Below, piece by piece: positions 27,415 to 37,013 of a DNA stretch of 64,000 nt. Below the pieces are notes generated by a model, which worked only from the letters and a program-made list of their open reading frames with translations, did no database searches and was not told where the DNA came from. How positions within the stretch are numbered: position 1 is the stretch's first letter; each line of letters begins with the position of its first letter. Both the position numbers and the translations under genes were made by a program. This DNA is from an uncultured virus (IMG/VR IMGVR_UViG_3300031951_000036) (Duplodnaviria; Heunggongvirae; Uroviricota; Caudoviricetes), in the IMG/VR virus record IMGVR_UViG_3300031951_000036. One strand, given 5' to 3'.

Positions 27415-27667
27415 GGTGAATAACAGAGCAGTGTTCTTTCCAGAACTGTCGTTGGAGGCGAAGGGTCTCTATGCGATCGTGTGCAGCTTATGTGGAAGTA
27501 AGAACTACTGCTACCCTTCTGTACAGACTTTGGCGCAGTTGAGTGGGAAATCCCGCTCGACTGTCCACCGTCTGATTAAAGAGCTATGTGACAAGGGTGT
27601 GCTACAGCGCAGCTTTGACCCCAAAATGAACCTAACAATAACCGTCCATCTGATGGACAAAAAATAA
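27401..27667 (+). CDS. Winged-HTH protein resembling the N-terminal domain of phage replication initiators
   Basis: ELSLEAKGLYAIV ... CYPSVQTLAQLSGKSRSTVHRLIKELCDKGVLQR. Confidence 0.7.
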   Translation: MNYGRVNNRAVFFPELSLEAKGLYAIVCSLCGSKNYCYPSVQTLAQLSGKSRSTVHRLIKELCDKGVLQRSFDPKMNLTITVHLMDKK

Positions 27668-27674
27668 TAAAGCA

Positions 27675-28166
27675 ATGAGAATATCACTCATGGAAAAAAT
27701 CAACGACATGCACCTTAGCATTGAGCGTTCAGGTCAAAAGATGAACGATGGCATCACCTTCAGCATTGAAGTAGATGAGAACAACATGCCTACGGGTATC
27801 CTGGTCAAGCAGTCAGGTAACCCCTTAGTGTTACTGGGTCTGTATGAATTGCTTTTGGAGGCTGTGCAGGAACACGTAGATAAAATCCTTGACAAGTTCA
27901 ACACTGAGCAAAAGCTTGGTAACCTGATTGGTCAGTTACCTGGTGACTTAGGAGCTAAGATCAAAGCATTGGAAATTCGCATGCGTAAAGCAGTGGCTGA
28001 ACATGATGATGCTGAAATTGCCAAAATTCAGTTGGAGTTAGACCAATTGCTGAACAGCAGCAGAAACGACCTTGAAGATATGTTGCGCAAGAGACGCAAC
28101 TCAGAGGATGGTAAAGGACCTGATGAAGGTGGCTTTTCCATCAAAGATTTTTTGGGTGGGTTGTAA
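27675..28166 (+). CDS. Hypothetical coiled-coil protein
   Basis: 163 aa. Confidence 0.55.
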   Translation: MRISLMEKINDMHLSIERSGQKMNDGITFSIEVDENNMPTGILVKQSGNPLVLLGLYELLLEAVQEHVDKILDKFNTEQKLGNLIGQLPGDLGAKIKALEIRMRKAVAEHDDAEIAKIQLELDQLLNSSRNDLEDMLRKRRNSEDGKGPDEGGFSIKDFLGGL

Positions 28167-28186
28167 GTGGAAAGTCCGCATGGGGG

Positions 28187-28312
28187 TGTCTCACCAGTGA
28201 GATACCCTACATGTTGGGCGCTAATACTCTACTATTCTCTATTTACTTATATGTCACCCATGACACAGGGGTTGTCTCACCCATGACACACCCTTGTCTC
28301 ACCAGTGACACA
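28187..28312. repeat. Four 18-bp imperfect palindromic repeats (iteron/operator-like)
   Basis: Consensus TGTCTCA-CCNN-TGACACA at 28187, 28250, 28273, 28295. Confidence 0.8.
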
Positions 28313-28429
28313 CCCTCTTGACAATTTTTTTTGGTGAAACCCCCATGAAAACTGGACTTGACAAACACCACTCAGTAGAGTTCTGCTGAGGAAAAAACAT
28401 TAAAAATCACTTACAATAGTTTAACCCAC

Positions 28430-29710
28430 ATGATTTTACTACAATCATTCATTGAAGGTACCAGCTATCAGGTACGCCCATTGCCTAACCAACCTGCGTT
28501 TGAAAGCAAGATTTCCCGCAAGGTAGAAGACATCAAAATCACCTGCACCGTTGCAGATTTTGCACGCTTCCCCTTGGGAACCATCTTCATTTGCCAGGTT
28601 CCTGAGTTCCCTGAGACAGATCACTTGCACATCCCTAAGGATACTGCGCCTGCGTTGATCTTTGGTGAATCTGTGTTTCCGCTGGTAGATTTTGGAGATG
28701 ACCTGAAGCCTATTGTAGACTACACTGTAGACTACATGTTGCAGTCTTCAGAGTTTGGTATTGAGAAAGCCCAATCGTTTACCAAAGCTGTTGCAGCATA
28801 CGGGTACACCTTTGACTGGGAAGCCAAGCTTGCTGTTCCCACCAGCACTTCTTCTGCCCCATCCGGTGCAGTGCGTGCATCTATCGCGGCCAAGTTCCCT
28901 GTGCCTAAGGTAGAGGACATCGGTTTCCAGGTGGATCCTGACAAATGGTTCCTCATGGTGCGTAATGTGCTCCGTGGAGAGAACACGCTTCTCATAGGCC
29001 CTACCGGTTCTGGTAAGACAGAAATCATGACCCACTTGTCTGCGGCCATGGAGCGTGAGTTGCACATCCAGGATATGGGTACCGTGCAGGATGCGTCTTC
29101 TGCGTTGCAGGGTGTTCACCGTTTGAACAAAGAAGGTCATTCCGCTTTTGAGTTTGCACCGTTTGTGGACCATATCAAGAGTGGCGGCATCGTCTTGCTT
29201 GACGAGTTGAACCGCTCTCCTTTGGCTGCTAACAACATCTTATTCCCATGCTTGGACAAGCGTCGCTATTTGCCTATCGACATTGCATGCGAAGGTTGTG
29301 ACCGCAAGATCATGGTGCATGAGAACACTGTGTTCTTTGCCACCGCAAACTTGGGTGCTGAGTATTCAGGTACTCAGGCAATCGACCGCGCGTTGCTTGA
29401 CCGTTTCTTCCCTGTTGAGTTGGATTACCCACAGGAGAAAGATGAGATCCGCGTGTTGATGTTGCGCACCGGCATTGATGAGAAAGCTGCCACCGGTATT
29501 GTGAGAGTCTCTAATGAGATCCGCAAGCAGTACAAGGAGCAGGAGTTGTCCAATGCTGTATCTGTGCGTCACACTTTGCAGGCTGCGGGCTTGATTGCTG
29601 ACGGATTTGAGGCTGACAAGGCCTTGAGACATACGATCCTTCCTCTGTTTGAGGATGGTATCGGGGTGACTGAGCGCTCCAAGGTGCTCAGCATCATGGC
29701 TGCATTCTAA
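28430..29710 (+). CDS. MoxR/CbbQ-type AAA+ ATPase
   Basis: GPTGSGKT, VLLDELNR, FFATAN, ALLDRF. Confidence 0.85.
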   Translation: MILLQSFIEGTSYQVRPLPNQPAFESKISRKVEDIKITCTVADFARFPLGTIFICQVPEFPETDHLHIPKDTAPALIFGESVFPLVDFGDDLKPIVDYTVDYMLQSSEFGIEKAQSFTKAVAAYGYTFDWEAKLAVPTSTSSAPSGAVRASIAAKFPVPKVEDIGFQVDPDKWFLMVRNVLRGENTLLIGPTGSGKTEIMTHLSAAMERELHIQDMGTVQDASSALQGVHRLNKEGHSAFEFAPFVDHIKSGGIVLLDELNRSPLAANNILFPCLDKRRYLPIDIACEGCDRKIMVHENTVFFATANLGAEYSGTQAIDRALLDRFFPVELDYPQEKDEIRVLMLRTGIDEKAATGIVRVSNEIRKQYKEQELSNAVSVRHTLQAAGLIADGFEADKALRHTILPLFEDGIGVTERSKVLSIMAAF

Positions 29711-29781
29711 AGCTGTACAGGGAACAGCTACAGTTGAGTGGGGAGATTCGTTCTCCCCCTCTTCATTCCCCAAGTTGAACT

Positions 29782-31695
29782 ATGGACAGTACACCTTACA
29801 TGGGTAAATACGTAAAAGACTGGTTTAATAGACGCGCGGAAGACGCGTTCACCCACGTTGATGAATCTAAGAGATTATTCAGCTGGGACCATGGAAGAGA
29901 CTCTTACTCTTCTTTCTTCCACTCTGGCAAGAACCCTGCAAAAGATGCGGGTAAAATGATTGGCTCCATGTTCAAAGTGATTGGACTGCCCAAGCACATC
30001 AAGTACACACCGGTAGCCAACCAGGTGAAGGATAGTCTCAGAGAGTCCCATCCCAAAGTGCACATCCCTATTGGTATGTTGCGCGATGAGGATAAGAACT
30101 GGAAGGATGATCCTGAAACCCTGGACGCATTCTATGGTGCATGTATCCAAAACGCAGCTCTTGCAGCGATGCAATCTGACATGGACTACAAGCGTACCAT
30201 TCAACCACGCTATGGTGAGGACAAGAAGAACGTGCAGCAATTGCTCACTTCTATCCTGAACACCGAGCGCATTGACAAGAAGTTGTCTGACCGTTTGCCT
30301 GGCTATCTGAAGTTTGTACAGAAGTTCAAGAACCACATGTACGAACAAAACCACGAGGCTCTTCCTGAAGACGCGCCCGCAAGAGCACGTCTGCTTGACC
30401 TGGTGACCCGCATGTTGCGCTATCCTGCACACATCACCGAGGAAGAGATGGAAGAGTTCAAGAAACCAATTGATTCCATTGAGCGCATGCTCAAACGCAG
30501 AGGTGGGATTCCTGACACGTACGCTGAGTGTGAATCTTTTGGCCGCTCCATTGCCAAGCTGGTGTATGAGTATGAGGAAGAAGAGCCACCACCCCCAGGC
30601 GGAGGAGGCGGAGAAGATGAAGGAGAAGGTGAAGGTGGTGAAGGTACACCTCCTCCAAGTGGAGCCGGTGGTTCTGAAAGCGAAGGTGACGGTGAAGCGG
30701 AAAAATCACCCATGAGCAAAAGCGAACTGGATGCCATGGCAGATAAAATGATGCGTGATCTCATGAGTGGTGACGAAGGTGATGCAGGAGATAAACGTCT
30801 GATGAGTGACTTCCGCGACTTTGAGGATTCATCCAAAGAAGAGAATGAAGACATCTTCAGTCGCATGGAAGAAGGTGTTGTGCAGAAAGGTAAAGTCACC
30901 TTTGACATTGCCAGCGGTAACAAGGAAAGATACCTGCGTGAGAAAGGAAAGATTGATCTTACCAAAGCTCAGGTATTGGCGCGTCTGTTTGCCCGCAAGA
31001 GCAAGGATTACCAGTTCTCCATGAAGAGCATGCGTTCCGGTCGTTTGGATGTGGGTAAGCTGGCAGAAGCCAAGCAACATGTCCCTACTATTTATGAGCG
31101 CATGGGTCAGGTAAAGACTGACAAGGTCTGTGTGGGTGTACTTATTGATGAGTCTGGTTCTATGAGTGGCAGTCGCATTGAACGTGCCCGCCAAGGTGCA
31201 ATATTCTTAAATGAAGTGTTCAAGAAGATGCCAAGCGTAGAGCTGTTCATCTACGGTCACACCGCTGATACCAAAGGCAATGGGTCTACTGACATGATGA
31301 TCTACTGTGAGCCCGGTAAAGCTGTTGATCCCTTTGCATTGGGTTCTGTCACAGCACGGGTAGAGAACAGAGATGGCGAGGCTATCCTGGCAACCGCTGC
31401 ACGCATCCGCTCCAAGACCAAGAACAACGGTTTGTTGTTTGTTTTGTCTGACGGTGGACCTTGTGCATACAATTACCATGGTAAATCTGCTATTGCTGAT
31501 GTTCGCAAGAAGGTTCTGCAGGCAGAAGCCATGGGATTCCAGGTGATCCAGATTGCCATATCTGAGTGTGTTCCTTCCGCTGAGATGTTTTCCCACTACA
31601 TTAACATGACAGACATCGCCAACCTTCCCAAGGATATGGTAAACTACATGAGTAAGAAAGTGGGTAAGCTTATCAAAGAGCGAGTATTTGTTTAA
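29782..31695 (+). CDS. vWA (MIDAS) domain protein, CobT-like partner of the AAA ATPase
   Basis: Acidic Gly-rich linker, RSGRLD, VLIDESGSMSG, VLSDG. Confidence 0.85.
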   Translation: MDSTPYMGKYVKDWFNRRAEDAFTHVDESKRLFSWDHGRDSYSSFFHSGKNPAKDAGKMIGSMFKVIGLPKHIKYTPVANQVKDSLRESHPKVHIPIGMLRDEDKNWKDDPETLDAFYGACIQNAALAAMQSDMDYKRTIQPRYGEDKKNVQQLLTSILNTERIDKKLSDRLPGYLKFVQKFKNHMYEQNHEALPEDAPARARLLDLVTRMLRYPAHITEEEMEEFKKPIDSIERMLKRRGGIPDTYAECESFGRSIAKLVYEYEEEEPPPPGGGGGEDEGEGEGGEGTPPPSGAGGSESEGDGEAEKSPMSKSELDAMADKMMRDLMSGDEGDAGDKRLMSDFRDFEDSSKEENEDIFSRMEEGVVQKGKVTFDIASGNKERYLREKGKIDLTKAQVLARLFARKSKDYQFSMKSMRSGRLDVGKLAEAKQHVPTIYERMGQVKTDKVCVGVLIDESGSMSGSRIERARQGAIFLNEVFKKMPSVELFIYGHTADTKGNGSTDMMIYCEPGKAVDPFALGSVTARVENRDGEAILATAARIRSKTKNNGLLFVLSDGGPCAYNYHGKSAIADVRKKVLQAEAMGFQVIQIAISECVPSAEMFSHYINMTDIANLPKDMVNYMSKKVGKLIKERVFV

Positions 31696-31702
31696 CCCTA
31701 TA

Positions 31703-31738
31703 CCCCAGGTGTGTGAGCCTGGGGTTTACTTTTTTTTC
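31703..31738 (+). terminator. Intrinsic terminator
   Basis: CCCCAGG...CCTGGGG plus T tract. Confidence 0.7.
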
Positions 31739-31739
31739 T

Positions 31740-32606
31740 ATGAGCATTGTACAGACATTAACCCGCAAAAGCATGGTCATTAGACCAAGCGGTAGAAGCA
31801 CTGACTATATCAGCCCGTCGTTTGGTTTTGGCTGCTTATATAATTGTTCTTACTGCTATCTTAAGCGACATAAGCCAGAAGGCTTGGACATTGCTACTAA
31901 CACGGTAGATATCCTGACCGCTATTGACCATCACTCGTGGTTTGCAGATGCAGAGAAACCCAACCAGACGCATGAGCAGTACATTACGTATGATATCTCC
32001 TGCAATGAGGACTTTGCATTACATGCCAAACAACACGAGTGGCAGAAGATCTTTGGCTTTTTCAGAGATCACTCACGTGCAATGGCATCCTTTGCTACCA
32101 AGTATGTAAATCCTGCACTGCTGACGTTTGATCCAAAACAAAAAGTCAGGGTGCGTTTCAGTCTGATGCCTATAGAATATTCTCTCATGCTTGAGCCCAA
32201 CACCAGCAACATATGGCATAGAATCTATGCTATCAATGATTTCATTGAGGCAGGGTATGATGTGCACATCAACTTCTCACCTGTGATTGTAGGTAAAGAT
32301 TGGTTAGATAAGTACAGGCTTCTTTTTGCTATGGTGGATACAGTGGTGAAGCCAGAGTATAAGGACCGTGTGAAAGCAGAGGTGATCTTCATGACGCACA
32401 ATGAGCAGAAGCACAAGTACAATCTGAAGCACAACTTGCCTGGTGAAGACCTGTTATGGGTTCCTCAAGTGCAAGAATCTAAGGTCTCCCAATACGGAGG
32501 CACCAACATCCGCTACAAGCACGACGTCAAAGCAGAGTACATCAGACAATGGACTGCTGTGCATGATGAAGTGATACCGTGGAACACAATCAGATACATT
32601 TTTTAA
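31740..32606 (+). CDS. Spore photoproduct lyase-like radical SAM protein
   Basis: GCLYNCSYCY (CxxxCxxC), FATKYVN, RVRFSLMP, NFSPVI. Confidence 0.8.
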   Translation: MSIVQTLTRKSMVIRPSGRSTDYISPSFGFGCLYNCSYCYLKRHKPEGLDIATNTVDILTAIDHHSWFADAEKPNQTHEQYITYDISCNEDFALHAKQHEWQKIFGFFRDHSRAMASFATKYVNPALLTFDPKQKVRVRFSLMPIEYSLMLEPNTSNIWHRIYAINDFIEAGYDVHINFSPVIVGKDWLDKYRLLFAMVDTVVKPEYKDRVKAEVIFMTHNEQKHKYNLKHNLPGEDLLWVPQVQESKVSQYGGTNIRYKHDVKAEYIRQWTAVHDEVIPWNTIRYIF

Positions 32607-32609
32607 TCT

Positions 32610-32843
32610 ATGAAAAATTTGATCCTACTAGCACTCCTCATCGGTATGATGGGGTGTCAAGAACCGACTGTTGATATGAACTCAACCAAACATGTTCTGT
32701 CGTATGGTCACAATCCCCTCCAAGAAATTACCATAGAGGATTGTCAATATTTGTATGGTGAATGGGGTAATGCAACAGTGTTAACCCATAAAGGCAACTG
32801 CAAGAATCCCATTCACATATACAACGGAGGTAGCCATGAGTAA
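32610..32843 (+). CDS. Small lipoprotein
   Basis: Lipobox-like MMGC; HKGNCKNPIH. Confidence 0.55.
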   Translation: MKNLILLALLIGMMGCQEPTVDMNSTKHVLSYGHNPLQEITIEDCQYLYGEWGNATVLTHKGNCKNPIHIYNGGSHE

Positions 32844-33228
32844 ACAACCCAATATGACAGATGAGCAGAAGCTCCGGGTACTGAACGCCATCATGTGGAT
32901 TCAGACCTGTGTTTACGCCTGTGATAGCGTGGAAGACATCGAGTGGTTCATGGCCAGACGTGTAAAGTACCTGGCTAAGAACTTGGTGGAGACGTCTCTC
33001 AGAGACCACAACCAGATTATTAAAGCGCTGTGGGAAGATGACGGTGCTCAAATGAACATGGTCACCGATGCGATGGATACTTTCTGCAAACGCGTGGCTG
33101 GCATTGACTACTACAAAATCCCTGAACTTATCCACTTGCTGGATCTGTACACAGAAGGTAAGCTGGACCATTTATTTACTAAACCCAAAGACGATGGAGA
33201 AAAAAGACAAACTGAAGGTGGAGTATAG
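32836..33228 (+). CDS. Hypothetical protein
   Basis: 130 aa. Confidence 0.55.
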   Translation: MSKQPNMTDEQKLRVLNAIMWIQTCVYACDSVEDIEWFMARRVKYLAKNLVETSLRDHNQIIKALWEDDGAQMNMVTDAMDTFCKRVAGIDYYKIPELIHLLDLYTEGKLDHLFTKPKDDGEKRQTEGGV

Positions 33229-33715
33229 CACCCTGTCTATGTTACAGGACTTTTTCCCCAAGACTTCCATTCACAAGGCTGCGGTGTACATTGACAAGCG
33301 CATGGCTGAAATCATCCAGGAGCTGGAGAAAGGTGACACCGGAGAGGTTGTACCCATGCATGTCTTTCACCCTTACCCTGATGTGTTGCATACAGAAGAA
33401 GGTTATCCGACAGATGCCGCATTGAACTACCTGCAGAACTGGTGGTTTGGTTACAAAAATGGTGAATTGTATAAAGGAGAGTTTGCAGAGGTGACCAAAG
33501 AAAATACCAATGCGTTGATTAACTACCTGCGTAAGCTTTGGCACTTTGTAGATTGGGGATTTGTTCACAATCAGAGTGACAAAAAGCTAGAGCTACATAC
33601 TGGCGGTTGGTCTGGCAATGAAGAAATCATCCCTTATCTAGAGATGACCTGGTTTCACAAATGCTACTGGTCCATGAGCAGAAAAGGTGGACACTACTAC
33701 TATGAGTGGAAATAG
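33194..33715 (+). CDS. Phage hypothetical protein
   Basis: ATG 33194; LHTGGWSGNEEII...GGHYYY. Confidence 0.6.
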   Translation: MEKKDKLKVEYSTLSMLQDFFPKTSIHKAAVYIDKRMAEIIQELEKGDTGEVVPMHVFHPYPDVLHTEEGYPTDAALNYLQNWWFGYKNGELYKGEFAEVTKENTNALINYLRKLWHFVDWGFVHNQSDKKLELHTGGWSGNEEIIPYLEMTWFHKCYWSMSRKGGHYYYEWK

Positions 33716-33956
33716 TACAACTATTAGAGCTAAACTTGGTCAAGATGTTGGACAAAGTGTCCAAGTAGTTGAAACAATACTGCGCAATGCGCTGAATAGC
33801 CCGCACACCCATGGGGTGCTGATGGTCAATGACAAAGCGGTCATGTACCGGGTAGATGGTGACAAGATCACCACCTTCCTGGAATATGTACCTGATATTC
33901 AGAGCGCAGTGTCGCCTGAGTTTTACGATAAACACATACGAATCTTATTACCCTAA
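33702..33956 (+). CDS. Hypothetical protein
   Basis: Tightly packed ORF. Confidence 0.45.
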   Translation: MSGNSTTIRAKLGQDVGQSVQVVETILRNALNSPHTHGVLMVNDKAVMYRVDGDKITTFLEYVPDIQSAVSPEFYDKHIRILLP

Positions 33957-33960
33957 CCCT

Positions 33961-35061
33961 ATGAAGAACGCATGGTTCCAATCAGGTAGCAACTTCTCCA
34001 TTGATGAAGTCACTTCACAACTTGACAAATTACCAGTTGCAGTATACAAGCTGCAGTTTAATGAAATCATGAACAAGTTTTTTCTGACCCGTATCTCAGA
34101 GAAGTTTGAGTTTCCTTACAAACTCTACAACACAGAGAACCAGTTTGTTGACCGCGTCAAAAAGACCTGGGACAATACCAGTGGCAACATGGGTATCTTG
34201 CTTAACGGTATCAAAGGTACAGGTAAGACTGTGACTGCAGAACTGATATGTAACAACATGAATCAGCCTGTGATCATTATTCCTGCTCCTTATAAGACGT
34301 TGACCAACTTCTTGAACGAGTTGCAACAAGACTGTACCATCTTCATCGATGAGTATGACAAGCTCTTTGACAAGTTCAGCAACTCGTTGCTTACCGTCAT
34401 GGATGGTGTGCTCAAGACCAACTCCCGTTTGTTGTTCTTGCTGACATCCAACAACCAATGGTTGGAGCAGAACATGATGCAACGCCCCAGCCGTATCCGC
34501 TACATCAAGCAGTATGGTGATTTACCGCTGGCTACCATCATTGAAATCGTGGATGATATGCTGATTCACAAACACCACCGCAAACAGACCATTGCGATGA
34601 TTGCCAGTTTGCCGATCATTACCATGGACTTGGTGAAGAGTGTGATTCAAGAGGTAAACATTCATGATGAAGATCCTGAAACTTTCAGAAGTTACTTCAA
34701 TGTCAATGGAGATGAAGACCGCAAAGAGTATAACATCTACTACATCAATGAAGAAGGTCAGAAGGTGTTGCACACTCCTAAAGCTGTCATTAACATCAAA
34801 GGTATCAAGCCAGGTATTGAAGGATATGACTTCAGAATTGAAAGTGGTAGGCCTACTGATGGTCACCATAATGGTTACCAGGGTGAAGTTAAACAGGTAG
34901 TTGGTGAGAACCAGGTTTTGTTAGAGACATATGTAGAAGAGCGTGTCAAAACAACCGACCCAAACATGCCTGAAGAAGTTAAAGAATACTACATCGACCG
35001 CATGTACATTCTTGAGCCTATCTCTAAGTACCATAACGCATTTAACGCCTATGCCTTCTAA
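33961..35061 (+). CDS. AAA+ ATPase
   Basis: GIKGTGKT, IFIDEYDK, LLTSN, RPSRIRY. Confidence 0.85.
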   Translation: MKNAWFQSGSNFSIDEVTSQLDKLPVAVYKLQFNEIMNKFFLTRISEKFEFPYKLYNTENQFVDRVKKTWDNTSGNMGILLNGIKGTGKTVTAELICNNMNQPVIIIPAPYKTLTNFLNELQQDCTIFIDEYDKLFDKFSNSLLTVMDGVLKTNSRLLFLLTSNNQWLEQNMMQRPSRIRYIKQYGDLPLATIIEIVDDMLIHKHHRKQTIAMIASLPIITMDLVKSVIQEVNIHDEDPETFRSYFNVNGDEDRKEYNIYYINEEGQKVLHTPKAVINIKGIKPGIEGYDFRIESGRPTDGHHNGYQGEVKQVVGENQVLLETYVEERVKTTDPNMPEEVKEYYIDRMYILEPISKYHNAFNAYAF

Positions 35062-35467
35062 GAAAGAAAGACAAATCGTGCACAACTCCGTACTCTGTCT
35101 AGGGTGCGGAGCGGTGCTCGTGTCGCACCACCGCCATGACTACAAAACCTGTGACTGTGAGAACAAGACCATGGTTGACGGAGGCACTGCCTACCTGAGA
35201 CATGGTGGTGTTGACATGAACAAAGTAGTCAGCACACCAGTATATCTGGATGAACCTTTTGAGAAGGTACGTCACTTTGCCAAACGCGGAGCACGCGGTA
35301 AAAACGGGGACCAACCCCTGACCTGGATACCTATATCCGAACTGTCCAATAACCACCTTGCTGCTATACTTGAGTATGGAGGTGCAGACTGGCATCTGAA
35401 ATTGATTGCCCAAGAAATATCCTATCGCAAGCTTCATGGCATTGAGATAGCAGACAAAGAAGTTTAA
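35051..35467 (+). CDS. Zn-binding phage protein
   Basis: CLGC...HRHDYKTCDC...VDGG. Confidence 0.6.
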   Translation: MPSKKERQIVHNSVLCLGCGAVLVSHHRHDYKTCDCENKTMVDGGTAYLRHGGVDMNKVVSTPVYLDEPFEKVRHFAKRGARGKNGDQPLTWIPISELSNNHLAAILEYGGADWHLKLIAQEISYRKLHGIEIADKEV

Positions 35468-35485
35468 CCCAATATCATTTAAACC

Positions 35486-35902
35486 ATGAGAGTTTCAATT
35501 TTAGAATCAGTAGAGAACTATGCCAACTTTGTAAAAGAGGTATATCACCTGACACACAAAAGGCCTATCAAGCTTTCTATGAACCAGCTAATGAAAAAGC
35601 ACAGGGTCTCCAGCATGATTGCAGTACAGTTGCAAAAAGAAGGCGTGTTGCGCAGAGGTCATTACAATGTTTATCGTTGGATAGGACCTGAGCCAAGTCC
35701 ATCTTTCATTGCAAATCTGCGCAATGAAGTGATGGTTTACCATCGTAACACCAAACTCAAAAGAGAAGAGGCCAATAACAAAGGTCAGGTTAAACTTAAT
35801 TTGGCTCCAGAAACAGCTGTTCATCCAGTCGTTTCTAAATCTAAGGTGCGCAAGAAGAAAAGCGTGTCAATCTTTTGGGGACTAATTAAGTTCAACTACT
35901 AA
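35486..35902 (+). CDS. Hypothetical basic protein
   Basis: 138 aa. Confidence 0.55.
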   Translation: MRVSILESVENYANFVKEVYHLTHKRPIKLSMNQLMKKHRVSSMIAVQLQKEGVLRRGHYNVYRWIGPEPSPSFIANLRNEVMVYHRNTKLKREEANNKGQVKLNLAPETAVHPVVSKSKVRKKKSVSIFWGLIKFNY

Positions 35903-35903
35903 T

Positions 35904-36110
35904 ATGGAAGGTATGAATCAATGGTGGGGTTACCGCCACACCTCTGGTTCACTGCAAGCAAAGCGCTATATGGGACCTCTTGATGTAAAAGAAGCTCAAG
36001 AGAGTCCCTTCTGCGCTGCTGTGGTGGGCCCTTTCTGGGCGTCTGACAGAGAAGATGCCCTCAAGATAGTTGAACGAATGACCAATACCTATGGAAAGAG
36101 TACCCTTTGA
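35904..36110 (+). CDS. Small phage protein
   Basis: WWGYRHTSGSLQAKRY. Confidence 0.55.
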   Translation: MEGMNQWWGYRHTSGSLQAKRYMGPLDVKEAQESPFCAAVVGPFWASDREDALKIVERMTNTYGKSTL

Positions 36111-36621
36111 CTATGACAAATATGCTGCTGACCCTGCCAGCTGGATGGTGTTTACAAAAGATAATGCTGAAGTGGTATACTTACTGGAAAGCATAGATGA
36201 AGATGATAACTACCCTCTCAAAGGTGTTTATAAACTGCCAGATGGTTATGCACAGGAAGCTACTTGGGATAAACAAGGACTTTTTGTAACGGACAATCCT
36301 GATAGTGATAGAAATATATCACACATGATTGCTGTTCACAAAGTAAAGCCTGCGGAAACTAAGGTAGTTAGCTCTCTGACACCAAGGTTGCGCAATGTTT
36401 ATTACAACTATGTATCTAAAGCTGTGGAGATTGGTACTAAAACACATGAAACTTGGACAGATGCAATGCTGTCAGCCAATCGTACCATGGCTAACTCAAC
36501 AGCTCTGGAACACTTGTGTGTTGCTACCCTGGAAGACCACCCTCAGATTAAAGAAATCCTGATTGCTAAAGGGTTAGCAGAGGTTGTTGTAAACCCAGAA
36601 CTTAAAGAAATAGATTTATGA
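36091..36621 (+). CDS. Hypothetical protein
   Basis: 176 aa. Confidence 0.55.
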   Translation: MERVPFDYDKYAADPASWMVFTKDNAEVVYLLESIDEDDNYPLKGVYKLPDGYAQEATWDKQGLFVTDNPDSDRNISHMIAVHKVKPAETKVVSSLTPRLRNVYYNYVSKAVEIGTKTHETWTDAMLSANRTMANSTALEHLCVATLEDHPQIKEILIAKGLAEVVVNPELKEIDL

Positions 36622-37013
36622 GCCACCCCTTACACCATGCCCTTTCCAGCCAAAAGAGGTTCGGAGGAAAGTTCACTGACTATTTGAAACTGCACGAGTG
36701 GTTTGACGAGACAAAAGCTCACTACCCTGACATGCGCCACCGTGCGCTACGACACCACTCAGAAGGCATCTTCTGGGCGGAAAAAGAGTTTGGTGTATAC
36801 ATCACCAACTCAGATGGCAAAATGGTTCCCACCCGCGCGGTAGGTGAACAACATGTCCTGGAGGACATTGGGTTTATACCCACAATCAAAGACTACCTAG
36901 ACTGCATGGAGCAGAAAGGGTGGATGTACAAGCCCGGTGAAGGGCGAAAAGTCCTGAAGGAAATTGTCCAGGACAAATCAGACTATGTTCAACCAACAGC
37001 AAAATTACCATGA
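36618..37013 (+). CDS. His-rich conserved protein (DUF6915-like)
   Basis: HPLHHALSS...HEWFD...RHRALRHH..G...EQHVLED. Confidence 0.65.
   Translation: MSHPLHHALSSQKRFGGKFTDYLKLHEWFDETKAHYPDMRHRALRHHSEGIFWAEKEFGVYITNSDGKMVPTRAVGEQHVLEDIGFIPTIKDYLDCMEQKGWMYKPGEGRKVLKEIVQDKSDYVQPTAKLP

Noticed and set aside
28187..28312. Mini CRISPR array
   Set aside because: 18-bp repeats separated mostly by 4-5 bp; no spacer-sized unique sequences and no cas genes
30575..30720. Low-complexity GAAGGT repeats as a DNA repeat element
   Set aside because: They encode the Gly/Glu/Pro linker of the vWA protein
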